From positions 1-37,680 of the IMG/VR virus record IMGVR_UViG_3300030330_004683: a stretch of DNA of 37,680 nt; one strand, written 5' to 3'. This DNA is from a virus. Its lineage: Duplodnaviria > Caudoviricetes. Position 1 is the first letter of the stretch. Each line of letters opens with the position of its first letter. The notes beneath the pieces were generated by a model. The model saw only the letters and a program-made list of their open reading frames with translations, made no database searches and was not told the origin of the DNA. Made by a program: the position numbers and the translations under genes. This document shows positions 17,089 to 27,497 of the stretch, in pieces.

Positions 17089-19709
17089 TGTCATACGATA
17101 AAAAAAATAATTACCCAAGTGTAAAAACGCCAGGTATTTATCCTGATGAAGATGATAGGAAATTAGGTTTAGATACCGATGACTTAAACGAGCTTTCTCT
17201 TGGAAATTGGAACTCTATTTTTAAAGGTAATAAACTATTTCTATCAGGTGACTTATTAGAAAGTATTAAAACTCGTAGTGGTATTGAAGTAAAGTTTAGA
17301 ACTTCTCCACCAAGAGAAGGAACAAGAGTTCTTGTTTGGAGATATCAAAGGAACACCGAAAGCACAGCTTACACTAATGCTATTTTAAAAGCTCAAGGTC
17401 CTATTATTGAATATCTTAGTGAAGTGGAAGATATAACAGACCATGGTAATAGAGATACTGAGGCTGTGAAAAAAAGTAGACTGATTAGAACAAGAGCTGT
17501 TTATGACCAATTTTATGGTGCTACTCTCCCAAATCCATCAATATCAGCTTTAGATGTGCAATCTACTAGTTTATTTAACGCTGGTGCTGGTTTGTATGAT
17601 AGAAATGGTGATACAATTTCAATACGACCTCAGTCAAATCACGAAGAGTCATTTACTGATAAAGCTATCACATTTGAAGATGGTAGAGCTATCATACAAG
17701 AAAGAGAAGGTGGTGATATTGTATTAACTTTAGATGAGAATACGAGAGATAAGTTAGAACAATATCATGTTTTTGAACGAGAACTAACCACTACCGAAAA
17801 AATTAATTGGGGTGATGGTAGACCTGAAAGAGGAAATGATAAAGACTTTACACATGAGCTTATAGCCATGGTTGATTTTGATATACAAGCTTTAACGATA
17901 GCTTCTGATACGTTAGAAGAGTTTGAAAGTCAATCTTGGGATTTTCTAAAACCTAATGATGAGGATACTACCGGTAACTTAACTCAAGAATATATGAATA
18001 ACTATCCACAATCTAATGCTGGTTTTATAACCTTAAGGGGATTAGAAAAAAATCTTTTTGATGGTCCTGATAAAACTAGTATTAATCATCCTTTTAGTCC
18101 AACAACAGTAACAGGAACACAAGGAGAAGATTTATATAATAACCATCCACCAGAAGGTGACTTTGCTTTTGAAGATGGTGATTACAATGGTGGGTTTGGT
18201 TACTATCATTCTGAAGCTGATTTTGGTGTGAATATAGGTGCTGTAAAATGGGTGCCATTTTATAGAACTGATGTAAAGCTAGGAGCAGATTTTTGGCCAC
18301 AAGAACTTAGATTTAACACAGAACAAACTTTAGAAATGGGTAACTATAATTTATTACCACAAGAATCTGAACAAACTTCGGATGAACCTGTTAGAGAAAG
18401 TTTAGATTCAAATATAGTTGATGCTTGGGATGACCATTTTTCTTTTATTGGGTATCCTGATTTTAAGTTTAGTATTGGAATAGACGATTCTGAATATGTA
18501 GAAACTTTAGATACATTTGATACACCTGTAGATTTTGTTGTTAATGTAAAAACAGATAACGGTAATGATTTATTATATTATGACTCAAATGAGTTACCAT
18601 ATCAAGATACTTCTTATCCTATAAAAGTAAATCTTGATGTAGATTTGTATTACGACTATGGTTTTGAAAACGAAAGACAAACACTAGATCAACAAGAAGT
18701 TATCGCTGCTTTTTCTGGCGATGGCGAATCACTTAGAGATTATTTAAGAGATATAATAAGAGTGCCTTACTATGCTCAAAATCCAAAAGAGTGTTATTAC
18801 AAATATCAAGTAATACAATGGGGAGATGAAAAAAGATTATTAACTGATGAACAAATAGAAAGTTCTTACTTTTTTAGTTTTTATGATTCTGAAGATTATC
18901 CTAAACCAGAAGATTATTTTTATAAAAAATATCAACAATCTCAAGACATAGAAGCAATACCTATACAAAGAGAAGGAGCAAGAGTTGATGGTCAATATAA
19001 CGGAGTACCAAATATTACTAATCATGTGTATAACACGCCTGGTATAAAAAAGATAAAAATAATCGTATATCGTTATACGCCAGATGCTGCTTTTATTTTA
19101 CAAACTTATCTGATAACAAAAAATATTGTTGTTGGTGATGGTGTATTAAAGTCACAAGATTTTTCTGTATTTGGTGGTGGTGATTTTAACTACATCCCTA
19201 TTACAGATAATCAAGCAATAATAGGTGGTGTTGATGATGATTCTAAATATAATAACTCTGTAGAAAAATTAGTTAAAGAAGATTTGTTTTTAAAAGAAGA
19301 TTATTTAGATAGAACATCTGCTAGAGATTATATAGATAAATTTAATAGTGGTCTTTTAGGAGAATCACCAAGTCAGTTAAACTTAGGTCAAACAAGAATG
19401 TTCAATAAACCTAAAGACATTTATGATTTCATTGGTGGTAACAGATTAGAGTGGATAAGTGAAGGTTCTGGTAGTTTACCACTCAATAGTTTGGCTACCG
19501 ACATATTTATAAATAATGACGATTGTATAGTTGATTTAAACCCGTCTAACTCTGATTACTCAGTTTTGAATAACCAAGTTGGATTATCTGGCGTAGGAAT
19601 ATTAGTTGGAGATTATGAACTAAGTCAGCCAGAAGGTGGAAGTGTAACTAAACAAGGAATAATGGAAATACCTGATTTAGATAATACAAACGATAGACAA
19701 GCATTTTAA
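17088..19709 (+). CDS. Large acidic virion structural protein with PKD-like domain
   Basis: IQWGD...NHVYNTPGIKKIK. TAATG-coupled within baseplate operon. Confidence 0.6.
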   Translation: MSYDKKNNYPSVKTPGIYPDEDDRKLGLDTDDLNELSLGNWNSIFKGNKLFLSGDLLESIKTRSGIEVKFRTSPPREGTRVLVWRYQRNTESTAYTNAILKAQGPIIEYLSEVEDITDHGNRDTEAVKKSRLIRTRAVYDQFYGATLPNPSISALDVQSTSLFNAGAGLYDRNGDTISIRPQSNHEESFTDKAITFEDGRAIIQEREGGDIVLTLDENTRDKLEQYHVFERELTTTEKINWGDGRPERGNDKDFTHELIAMVDFDIQALTIASDTLEEFESQSWDFLKPNDEDTTGNLTQEYMNNYPQSNAGFITLRGLEKNLFDGPDKTSINHPFSPTTVTGTQGEDLYNNHPPEGDFAFEDGDYNGGFGYYHSEADFGVNIGAVKWVPFYRTDVKLGADFWPQELRFNTEQTLEMGNYNLLPQESEQTSDEPVRESLDSNIVDAWDDHFSFIGYPDFKFSIGIDDSEYVETLDTFDTPVDFVVNVKTDNGNDLLYYDSNELPYQDTSYPIKVNLDVDLYYDYGFENERQTLDQQEVIAAFSGDGESLRDYLRDIIRVPYYAQNPKECYYKYQVIQWGDEKRLLTDEQIESSYFFSFYDSEDYPKPEDYFYKKYQQSQDIEAIPIQREGARVDGQYNGVPNITNHVYNTPGIKKIKIIVYRYTPDAAFILQTYLITKNIVVGDGVLKSQDFSVFGGGDFNYIPITDNQAIIGGVDDDSKYNNSVEKLVKEDLFLKEDYLDRTSARDYIDKFNSGLLGESPSQLNLGQTRMFNKPKDIYDFIGGNRLEWISEGSGSLPLNSLATDIFINNDDCIVDLNPSNSDYSVLNNQVGLSGVGILVGDYELSQPEGGSVTKQGIMEIPDLDNTNDRQAF

Positions 19710-22700
19710 TGGAAATATTACAACCATATAACAACACTACTTTACAATTGATATCAGATGAATCACAATATCAATTTAATTCTAACGATTTAATAGATGG
19801 TATAATAAAACTATCTGTATTTTCTGATGTTGGTTCTTATTTAGATGGCGAAGACTTACAACAAGATATTGATTTCTATGTAAAGAACGATGACTTATTT
19901 ATTAAACCAAATGAATATTTAGATAGAAATGGTTTTGCTGAAGGTAATTATAATGTTCAGTATGATTTCTTAAAAAGATTAGATACAAGTAATTTTCACA
20001 TAGCTGAAATATCTCCAAGTAGAAAAGAGGTGAGGTTAAATATAGTTAGTTCTGAAATAGACGATGATACTCAAGATATCATTGTTAATTTTATGCAAGG
20101 TGAAAATGATAACTATCAGTTTAACTCTCACTTAGAAATATCACAAGGTCGTTTAATACCAATCAATGGATTTGCTTTTGATAATGTTACAGGTAACAAA
20201 AGAACTTTAATAATAAAACTAAACGAAGCATTACCATCTAATGTAGTTGTTCTATCAACTGATTTTAACATATCAAACAAATTTTTATCATCACAAACAG
20301 AAACAATATTTTTTATTGACAGAGAAGGTCTTGCTGTAAGTGGTTTAGGTTTAGAAATAGATCAAGGATATTTAACAACACCTACAGCAATAGATGATTC
20401 TTATTCTAACTATAATTCTATAACATCTTCTGTTAGTGAAAATTTAGTAGAAGAAATTACTCGTCAACAAAAAGACCTTAATTTAAATATAGATTATGAA
20501 ACATTTAGTGGTCATGTATTTTTTGGTTCAGCAAAATCTAAACTTCAAGGGTTTAAAAATAAAGCTGTCAAATTAGAAGGTTTATATTCTGATTTAAGTT
20601 CATCACTTGCATTTTCAAGTAGTTTAAAAATAGTAGAAAGAAGAAAACATTTATTTAAAGAAATAAGAAAAGTAGAAGATGAGTTTACTCATTATGAACA
20701 TTTTATGTATAATGATGGTCAAACGTATTCTACATCTTCTGCACCTGGTGTTAGTAATAATTTAGCTGGAACAAAATATACAAATTTAGTAGATAATGAT
20801 TTTACTACATTACAAGACCATGAAGGTTTTGATAGAGTTTATAAAAAAACAGAAAACGGAACTATACATCTATTTACAGATGTTTACAATGTAGAGCAAC
20901 CACCTTTTTATAGTTCAGATGATAATTTTTACTTATCTTTTATTTTACGAGGTGCTGGAACAGTTAGTGAATATGATTTAAACTTTGCTTCAGGAGGTTT
21001 TGCTAACGAGAGATATGATAAATCAGGTGGAGGCGAAGTTGGAAACTATGGCTACTTTAACGATAGGCAAATACCATTTAATGCTTGGAGTGGTTCAATA
21101 TTAGCTAATCCAGAAACAACAGGTTCTAATTATCAAAGATATATATTTAAAGCAAAACAACATTTTTTTAGACCTGTTAAGAGTGGTAATTTTGCTTTAA
21201 TAAATGGTCTTGAAGATTATAGTAGCACCTCTACATCTTGGGAAATATTATCTGGTTCAAATCCAATATCTGCTTCTACAAGTGGTTCTATAGGTGATGG
21301 GTTTGCTTATGGTTTCTTTGATTTAACTGGTGTTTATAATCCTTTTGTTTTTCCAAATCAAATTCAAGATGATGGTACATTAGGAATGGATGATTTTGTT
21401 ACAGGTTCGATATTACCACAAGGTGATTTATTTCCATTATTTACTGGAGCACAAGGTAGTAAAGAAGCATTTTTTACAGATGTAGTTGTATCAAAAAATA
21501 ATCCAACTAACATACATCCTTTCTCAAAGATTTATAGACCACCAAGTGGAAGTTATGCTGGTTCATCGGAATGGAATAGTTGGTATAATACAATGGAAAC
21601 CATTGCCGAAGATTATGATAATGATAATATCCATTCTCTTGTAAATAACTTACCAGAGTTTTTAAGAACTGGTAACGAACATAAAGTTCTTCGTGATTTT
21701 GTAAACATGTTGGGCGAACAATTTGATTTACTAAGAAGTTATATTGACAACTACCACAACATTTATAAACTTGGATATAAGAATCCAAATGCTATGCCAG
21801 ATAATCTTTTACCTGTTATTGGAAAATCACTTGGATTTGATTTAAGAAACCCTCTTTCAGGTAGTTTAGATGATTACTTAGAATCAACTCGTGGAGATGA
21901 GGTTGGAGATAAAAAAGCTATCGGTGCTCTTTGGACAAAAATATTAAACAACTTAGTTTATATTTACAAAACAAGAGGAACTCAAGAGGGGATAAATACT
22001 ATATTGAGTTTATATGGATACGATCCTACTTCATTTACATTAACTGAATATGGTGGTTCAAGAGAAGAACATAATCCAAGTGTTGTAACTAATAATGCTG
22101 CTAATGATTTAGATAATGGACTAAAAAATGTAACAGGTAATGTTTCTTTTAAAGAAAAAACTGAAAAATTTAACACAATGAATTTTTCTAAAAAAGAAAA
22201 TAAGTTAGCATTAGATTGGTATTCGAATGATGCTGAACCTAATGGTGTTGAATTTGTAATGAAAACTACAAAAACTAATAATGAACAAAAAGTTTTAAGG
22301 TCAAGTGGCTCAAATGGAACGGGAGATAATTGGGATGTTAGGATAGTACCATCTGCTTCTTCTGATACTGTTGGTAAAGTAGAGTTTAGATTAAATAGTA
22401 GTGTTGGTTCTGCTGGTGCTATAGGTAATAATGCTGTTACAATGTCTACTGATTATATTGACAATATAAATGATAATAAGTTTTTTAATATCATGTTACA
22501 AAAAGATATAGTCACACAATCAACTGAATTAACTCAATCTTATAGTTTATTTGTTGGTAGACAAGATGGTGATGCTTTAAAAGATGTTCAGCATATATCT
22601 ATGTCAACAGCTAATGTAAATGCTAACAAAAACTTTATGACAGCATCAGGTCAAACAAGTAGTAACTTTATAGTCGGCGATGAGATGACAGGTTCTATAG

Positions 22701-24316
22701 GTGAGGTTAGAGCTTGGGATAGTGTCATAAGTATGTCAAAATTTAAACAACACATTTTAAATTATAAGAGTGTTGTTGGTGGAACAGCAACTGCTCCAAG
22801 AGATAACTTGGTCTATCATTTTCCATTGGATGAAGGTAAAAATGCTACAACTATAAAAGATATTTCTTCACCAAATAAAGTTAAAAATTTTAATAAACCA
22901 TTATCTTCACAACCAAATTTAAGTGCAGTAACGAGTAGTGTTTCTACTGTTAAGAATTTTTCTTTTCAAGTCAGAGGAACTGATGCTATAAAAAGTGATA
23001 GACAATATTACATAGGTTCTGGTATGAGATACTTAGGTGAGTTAAGTCCTGATACAAGAACTATAGGATTACCTTATAATCCACAAGAAAATCAAGAGAT
23101 AATAAATAAGATAGGTAAGTCATATTCTTATGTAGATGCAATTGATGCTATTGTAATAAATGCTATGTCTGATTTTGTATTAGATGATTATATAGATGAT
23201 TATGATAATAATGGTATTTACGATGACCTATTAACATTAAGAAAACAACTTATTGAAGAAAGACTTATTTCAACGGATGTTGTAAAAAACTTATCTTCTG
23301 TAGAATCAAGAGTAGATAATCCTGAGTTTATTGCTTCTTTAGAAGAAAATTTAGCAGCTAGAACAAAGTTAGAATTTTCTTATGAAGTTAAGAATGATAC
23401 TTTATTTAGGTCAAGAATTAAAAGAGCTTCTTTACAAACACAACTAAATCCAAATCAAGCGATAGGTTCGGCTAGTTTGTTAGAGCCATCAGTTAGTATA
23501 AACTTCAACGAAAATAAACACGAAAAATCTATTGATGTTCTTACAGACGAGGTGAGTATAAGTGGATTATTAAATCAAAACAAATATGAAAAGTCTATTG
23601 ATGTTCTTACAGATGAAGTAACTATAACATCTACTGTTAATGATAAAGTTCATACAAATGAATCTGCTCCATTAGATATTATTAATTTATCAGATTCATC
23701 AAATCAAACTGTTCTTACTTTAAAACCAAGCAACTTTACTGATTTGTTATTAGGTTCTAAAAATGAGTTTTATAAGAATCATGGAAAGAGTGAAGAACAA
23801 ACTTTCTTTAAATCAAGTAATCAAGGTGCTAATGGTGATTACAATACATACAAATATGAAAGTAGATTTTTCTTTAGAGCCATAGGAGATATAGAAGAAT
23901 TTTTTCCAACAAGTGGTTCATATAAAAATAGAACTGGTACAAATGCTAAACAACCTTTTAATCATCATGATAACTTTAGGCATTTTGGAAATCGTTATTA
24001 TGTAGATAGTGGAAGTGGATATACCTATTCATCTTTTTTTGGTAGTGATGATGCTACTGTAGATGGTAGGATGGTAGGTAGAACACTTTTCTTTAAAACA
24101 GATTCGGATGGAAATATCACATATCCAATTAATCATTTCTTTAAAGTAGGAACAAGTAAAGATGGTTTAACAAATTTAATTTACAAAGGAACACAGAATG
24201 ATGGTACTAATCCACCACAATTTGATCCTGAATTAGATGTTTCACCTACAATTCCAGCATATGTGATTAATGTGGGTGGTTCGGATACTGATAAGAAGTT
24301 AAAAGTAATAAGGTAA
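19709..24316 (+). CDS. Large baseplate wedge protein (gp7/tail protein I-like segment plus LamG)
   Basis: LVNNLPEFL..FVNMLGEQFD..IYKTRGT.EGI..ILSLYG wedge motif. MTGSIGEVRAWD..NLVYHFPLDEG LamG motif. Confidence 0.65.
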   Translation: MEILQPYNNTTLQLISDESQYQFNSNDLIDGIIKLSVFSDVGSYLDGEDLQQDIDFYVKNDDLFIKPNEYLDRNGFAEGNYNVQYDFLKRLDTSNFHIAEISPSRKEVRLNIVSSEIDDDTQDIIVNFMQGENDNYQFNSHLEISQGRLIPINGFAFDNVTGNKRTLIIKLNEALPSNVVVLSTDFNISNKFLSSQTETIFFIDREGLAVSGLGLEIDQGYLTTPTAIDDSYSNYNSITSSVSENLVEEITRQQKDLNLNIDYETFSGHVFFGSAKSKLQGFKNKAVKLEGLYSDLSSSLAFSSSLKIVERRKHLFKEIRKVEDEFTHYEHFMYNDGQTYSTSSAPGVSNNLAGTKYTNLVDNDFTTLQDHEGFDRVYKKTENGTIHLFTDVYNVEQPPFYSSDDNFYLSFILRGAGTVSEYDLNFASGGFANERYDKSGGGEVGNYGYFNDRQIPFNAWSGSILANPETTGSNYQRYIFKAKQHFFRPVKSGNFALINGLEDYSSTSTSWEILSGSNPISASTSGSIGDGFAYGFFDLTGVYNPFVFPNQIQDDGTLGMDDFVTGSILPQGDLFPLFTGAQGSKEAFFTDVVVSKNNPTNIHPFSKIYRPPSGSYAGSSEWNSWYNTMETIAEDYDNDNIHSLVNNLPEFLRTGNEHKVLRDFVNMLGEQFDLLRSYIDNYHNIYKLGYKNPNAMPDNLLPVIGKSLGFDLRNPLSGSLDDYLESTRGDEVGDKKAIGALWTKILNNLVYIYKTRGTQEGINTILSLYGYDPTSFTLTEYGGSREEHNPSVVTNNAANDLDNGLKNVTGNVSFKEKTEKFNTMNFSKKENKLALDWYSNDAEPNGVEFVMKTTKTNNEQKVLRSSGSNGTGDNWDVRIVPSASSDTVGKVEFRLNSSVGSAGAIGNNAVTMSTDYIDNINDNKFFNIMLQKDIVTQSTELTQSYSLFVGRQDGDALKDVQHISMSTANVNANKNFMTASGQTSSNFIVGDEMTGSIGEVRAWDSVISMSKFKQHILNYKSVVGGTATAPRDNLVYHFPLDEGKNATTIKDISSPNKVKNFNKPLSSQPNLSAVTSSVSTVKNFSFQVRGTDAIKSDRQYYIGSGMRYLGELSPDTRTIGLPYNPQENQEIINKIGKSYSYVDAIDAIVINAMSDFVLDDYIDDYDNNGIYDDLLTLRKQLIEERLISTDVVKNLSSVESRVDNPEFIASLEENLAARTKLEFSYEVKNDTLFRSRIKRASLQTQLNPNQAIGSASLLEPSVSINFNENKHEKSIDVLTDEVSISGLLNQNKYEKSIDVLTDEVTITSTVNDKVHTNESAPLDIINLSDSSNQTVLTLKPSNFTDLLLGSKNEFYKNHGKSEEQTFFKSSNQGANGDYNTYKYESRFFFRAIGDIEEFFPTSGSYKNRTGTNAKQPFNHHDNFRHFGNRYYVDSGSGYTYSSFFGSDDATVDGRMVGRTLFFKTDSDGNITYPINHFFKVGTSKDGLTNLIYKGTQNDGTNPPQFDPELDVSPTIPAYVINVGGSDTDKKLKVIR
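23507..23625 (+). repeat. 66-nt-period (22 aa) internal duplication
   Basis: NENKHEKSIDVLTDEVSI / NQNKYEKSIDVLTDEVTI. TCTATTGATGTTCTTACAGA at 23528 and 23594. Confidence 0.85.
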
Positions 24317-24330
24317 AATATTTTTTGGAT

Positions 24331-24339
24331 ATATTTATA
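24331..24339 (+). promoter_or_regulatory. Candidate phage late promoter ATATTTATA
   Basis: Intergenic, upstream of ATG at 24372. Confidence 0.6.
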
Positions 24340-24371
24340 GATGAGTAATATTATAACATAAGGAATTACAA

Positions 24372-25040
24372 ATGGGAATTTTAGATAATGATACAGTAAT
24401 AGTTGATGCCATTCTAACTAAAGTAGGTCGTCAGAAGTTAGCAAATGGACAACCATTAGGCGTTACACAATATGCTTTCGGAGATACAGGAGTTGATTAT
24501 ACACTTTATAATGCTTCTCATCCGAGCGGTTCAGATTCATATGGAAGTGCTATAACATCTCTTCCAATGTTAGAAGCTGTACCAGATGATAATGTATTTT
24601 TAAGATTTAAATTATATGGAGATGGTGAAAGAAATGTTCAGAACTTTTCTTTTATTACCATAACAAGCGGAACTTCTGTTACTATATCTAAGATTGCTGG
24701 ACAGACTGAAAGTAATTCTATTACAATAGTTCCAAAAGTTTTTCCAAATGTCGATGGAGCTACTTTTGATTATAAAGTTTTAGATATGAGAGGGTTAACT
24801 GCTGAATCACTTGGAGGTGGTGCTTTAAGTATAAATGATGGTTTTGATATTAATAATCTACCACCATTTGACCATCCTAATCCTATTAGTGCTGATATAA
24901 TAGGTGCTGGTAATATTACTATTAATGCTCAACCACAACAGATAACTTCACAGAGGTCTATTGGTATCGAAGTATCAAAAGATGGTGCTGCTTCAGCATT
25001 TGTTACTGTAACAATAGAAGCCAATAACACAACAGCGTAG
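24372..25040 (+). CDS. Baseplate/tail-fibre attachment protein (resembles N-terminal half of tail-collar fibre domain)
   Basis: DAILTKVGRQKLANG..VTQYAFGD..VDY.LY. Confidence 0.55.
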   Translation: MGILDNDTVIVDAILTKVGRQKLANGQPLGVTQYAFGDTGVDYTLYNASHPSGSDSYGSAITSLPMLEAVPDDNVFLRFKLYGDGERNVQNFSFITITSGTSVTISKIAGQTESNSITIVPKVFPNVDGATFDYKVLDMRGLTAESLGGGALSINDGFDINNLPPFDHPNPISADIIGAGNITINAQPQQITSQRSIGIEVSKDGAASAFVTVTIEANNTTA

Positions 25041-25050
25041 GATATGAACC

Positions 25051-26109
25051 ATGATGAAAATATTTAATATACCAGAAGATACTATAACAACACAGATTAC
25101 TGTGACCAACGGATTTTTTGATGGTGGTGTTGGAACACTTGGTGGTTCTAACTTAACAACCTCTTCGTTATCTACCACACAGAAATCTTATTACTATAAT
25201 TTACAATATAGTTCGAAAGACCATTTTAGTGCTACTTATGGTCATATCGGTGGTAGTGGTAGTGCTGTAGAATCTGCTACTACAGAGGGAACAACTCAAG
25301 CCATTTACAAACAATTTTTTAATTTTACAGAACCAAATGCTTCTAATATAAGAGATGGTTCTGGTTGGTCAATGGTCGATGGAACTGATGGTTCAAATGC
25401 TGTAACTCAAAATGATGTGTATATTCTAACAGCAGAGAGATTACAGATGAAAGATAGATTAAATCCTGGTACTTGGACAATAACTATTTCTGGCTCTACA
25501 ACTGCTGGTCTTGGTAAAAATTTAGAATTGACAGATGATAGTAAAACTGTAGATGCTGAGTTTGCTCCGTTTGGTCCAAGATACAATATTGTATCTGGTT
25601 CTGCTGGTTCAGTTCAAACTGCTTACACTTCTAAAACTTATGGATTCTTTTATCCTGATGCTGGTGTATTAGTTCTTAGTGCTAATGCTTTATCATCAAG
25701 TTTACCTGGTATTCCAAGTTTTAAAACAGCAGCTGGTGGGACTGCTACTGCTGGTAATGGATTTGCTTCTGATACACGAGTGGTCGCTGCTGCTGATAAT
25801 GCTTGGAAATTAGTAAGAGGAATACAAGAAGGTTCAGTAACACTTCGTTCTGAAGAACAACAATATGTTTATGATTATTTTTGTAGAGCTAAATCAAGTG
25901 AGTTTAATCTTTCACAGAACTTAACTTTTTGGAGTGGTTCAGATTATACTATCAGACATAGTGATATGGTAACTAATCCACAAACTTTTATTAGTGAAGT
26001 TGGATTGTATGATTCTCAAAACTCATTAGTTGCTGTTGGTAGATTAAGTTCACCAATAAATAAAAACTTTAGTTCTGAAGCAATCGTCAAGGTTCGTTTG
26101 ACTTACTAA
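25051..26109 (+). CDS. Baseplate/tail structural protein
   Basis: LTDDS..YGFFYPDAGVLVL. C-terminal PQTFISEVGLYDSQNSLVAVGRLSSPINK..VRLTY. Confidence 0.6.
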   Translation: MMKIFNIPEDTITTQITVTNGFFDGGVGTLGGSNLTTSSLSTTQKSYYYNLQYSSKDHFSATYGHIGGSGSAVESATTEGTTQAIYKQFFNFTEPNASNIRDGSGWSMVDGTDGSNAVTQNDVYILTAERLQMKDRLNPGTWTITISGSTTAGLGKNLELTDDSKTVDAEFAPFGPRYNIVSGSAGSVQTAYTSKTYGFFYPDAGVLVLSANALSSSLPGIPSFKTAAGGTATAGNGFASDTRVVAAADNAWKLVRGIQEGSVTLRSEEQQYVYDYFCRAKSSEFNLSQNLTFWSGSDYTIRHSDMVTNPQTFISEVGLYDSQNSLVAVGRLSSPINKNFSSEAIVKVRLTY

Positions 26110-26118
26110 TGTCATGGA

Positions 26119-26931
26119 ATGTTTAAACAATTTACATCTGAAAATCAGAACACTTACGAGTATAAGGCACATAAGTCATTTACTTTAAGTCAAGCAGATG
26201 TCACAAGACATCAGTTTTTAAATAACTCAACTAACGAAGTATCTAAAAGTTATTACGATTTTTCTCGTATAAACTTTTATCTTAGTGGTTCTAGTGATGA
26301 TAGATATGCTGACCAATTTAATATAGGAAACGATGGTTCTGGTAGAGATACTTTTTTAACAAAGTTTTATGATACTGGTTCAATAATTTTTATTCCACAG
26401 AATAAGTTTGACGAGGGAATAAAAAGAGGAACTTTTCAGTTAGTAGATAACGAGACAAGTGCTATTATTGTAGATGATTCAAATGGTAATTTATACTCTA
26501 CAAATGCTACATTTTCACAATCGGTGTCGGCACTATCATCATCCGACAACTATGTAGGAAATATTTTTTATGATGTGGGTGTGGTTACTCTTACGGAAAC
26601 AGCATCATTTAATGGTTCAGATAATTACACAGATGTTACGAGTGGAGATTACACAATTACATACAAAGGAACGACTGTTATTAATACTTATGAATGGACT
26701 TGTGACACTCAACCAAATGAGTTAAACGATACGACTAATGCGACTGTTTTTCATTCAAACGGGTTAGGTCAGTTAAAAGATAATTTAACAGGTAGTAACT
26801 TTCCAACCTATGTATCAGAGATTGGATTATACGATGACCAAAAAAATTTAGTAGGTTATGCTAAATTATCTAAAGCAATACCCAAGAGTCAAGTTATGCC
26901 AATGAAATTTTTATTAAGATTAGATTATTAA
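26119..26931 (+). CDS. Baseplate/tail structural protein, paralog of upstream gene
   Basis: IVDDSNGNL..VGNIFYDVGVVTL. PTYVSEIGLYDDQKNLVGYAKLSKAIPK..LRLDY. Confidence 0.6.
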   Translation: MFKQFTSENQNTYEYKAHKSFTLSQADVTRHQFLNNSTNEVSKSYYDFSRINFYLSGSSDDRYADQFNIGNDGSGRDTFLTKFYDTGSIIFIPQNKFDEGIKRGTFQLVDNETSAIIVDDSNGNLYSTNATFSQSVSALSSSDNYVGNIFYDVGVVTLTETASFNGSDNYTDVTSGDYTITYKGTTVINTYEWTCDTQPNELNDTTNATVFHSNGLGQLKDNLTGSNFPTYVSEIGLYDDQKNLVGYAKLSKAIPKSQVMPMKFLLRLDY

Positions 26932-26932
26932 C

Positions 26933-26941
26933 ATACTTATA
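26933..26941 (+). promoter_or_regulatory. Candidate late promoter variant ATACTTATA
   Basis: One mismatch to ATATTTATA. Heads the envelope cassette. Confidence 0.45.
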
Positions 26942-26957
26942 TTATAGGAGAAATAAC

Positions 26958-27170
26958 ATGAAAAGTACATTGTTATCAATAGTATTATCTTGTTTCATAT
27001 GTGGAGTTGTTCCACAAGAATGGAATATTCATATGGCTAATTATGAATATGCCGATGAGATTAAGAAGAAGAAAAAGAAAAAAGGTAAAAAAGTTAAGGG
27101 TAAAGAAAAGGGTAAAAAAGGTTCATGGGGAATCTTTAAAGCTAAATGGAAAAAAAAGAAAGTGGGTTAA
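26958..27170 (+). CDS. Small protein with signal-like N-terminus and extremely Lys-rich tail
   Basis: SD AGGAG. IKKKKKKKGKKVKGKEKGKK..KWKKKK. Confidence 0.7.
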   Translation: MKSTLLSIVLSCFICGVVPQEWNIHMANYEYADEIKKKKKKKGKKVKGKEKGKKGSWGIFKAKWKKKKVG

Positions 27171-27173
27171 ATT

Positions 27174-27488
27174 ATGAATAATCCTTTTACACAATTTGTT
27201 AGTTGGACTGTACAGAAAGGTGCATTAGACCATTGGACATCTTATCATATAGCAGCTGGTCTGTTTATTGCTAAGGTAGCACAATGGTTAGGTGCTAGTG
27301 ACTTATGGGCAGTTCTTTGGGTTTTAATCATCGGAATCGCTTGGGAAATCTTTGAATACTTCGTAGAAGGTACAGAGGAAACTTATGGTACTGTTGAGAA
27401 GTGGGCTTGGAACACAGCATCCGATATCGTAGTTGAAGTTGGAGCAGCTTGGTGGATGGTTTTACCTGCTGGTTCATTAATAGGTTAG
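27174..27488 (+). CDS. Small membrane protein, VanZ/membrane metal-hydrolase-like
   Basis: D.W..YH..AG, TM, GIAWEIFE, NTASDIV conserved polar residues within helices. Confidence 0.55.
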   Translation: MNNPFTQFVSWTVQKGALDHWTSYHIAAGLFIAKVAQWLGASDLWAVLWVLIIGIAWEIFEYFVEGTEETYGTVEKWAWNTASDIVVEVGAAWWMVLPAGSLIG

Positions 27489-27497
27489 GAAAATAAA

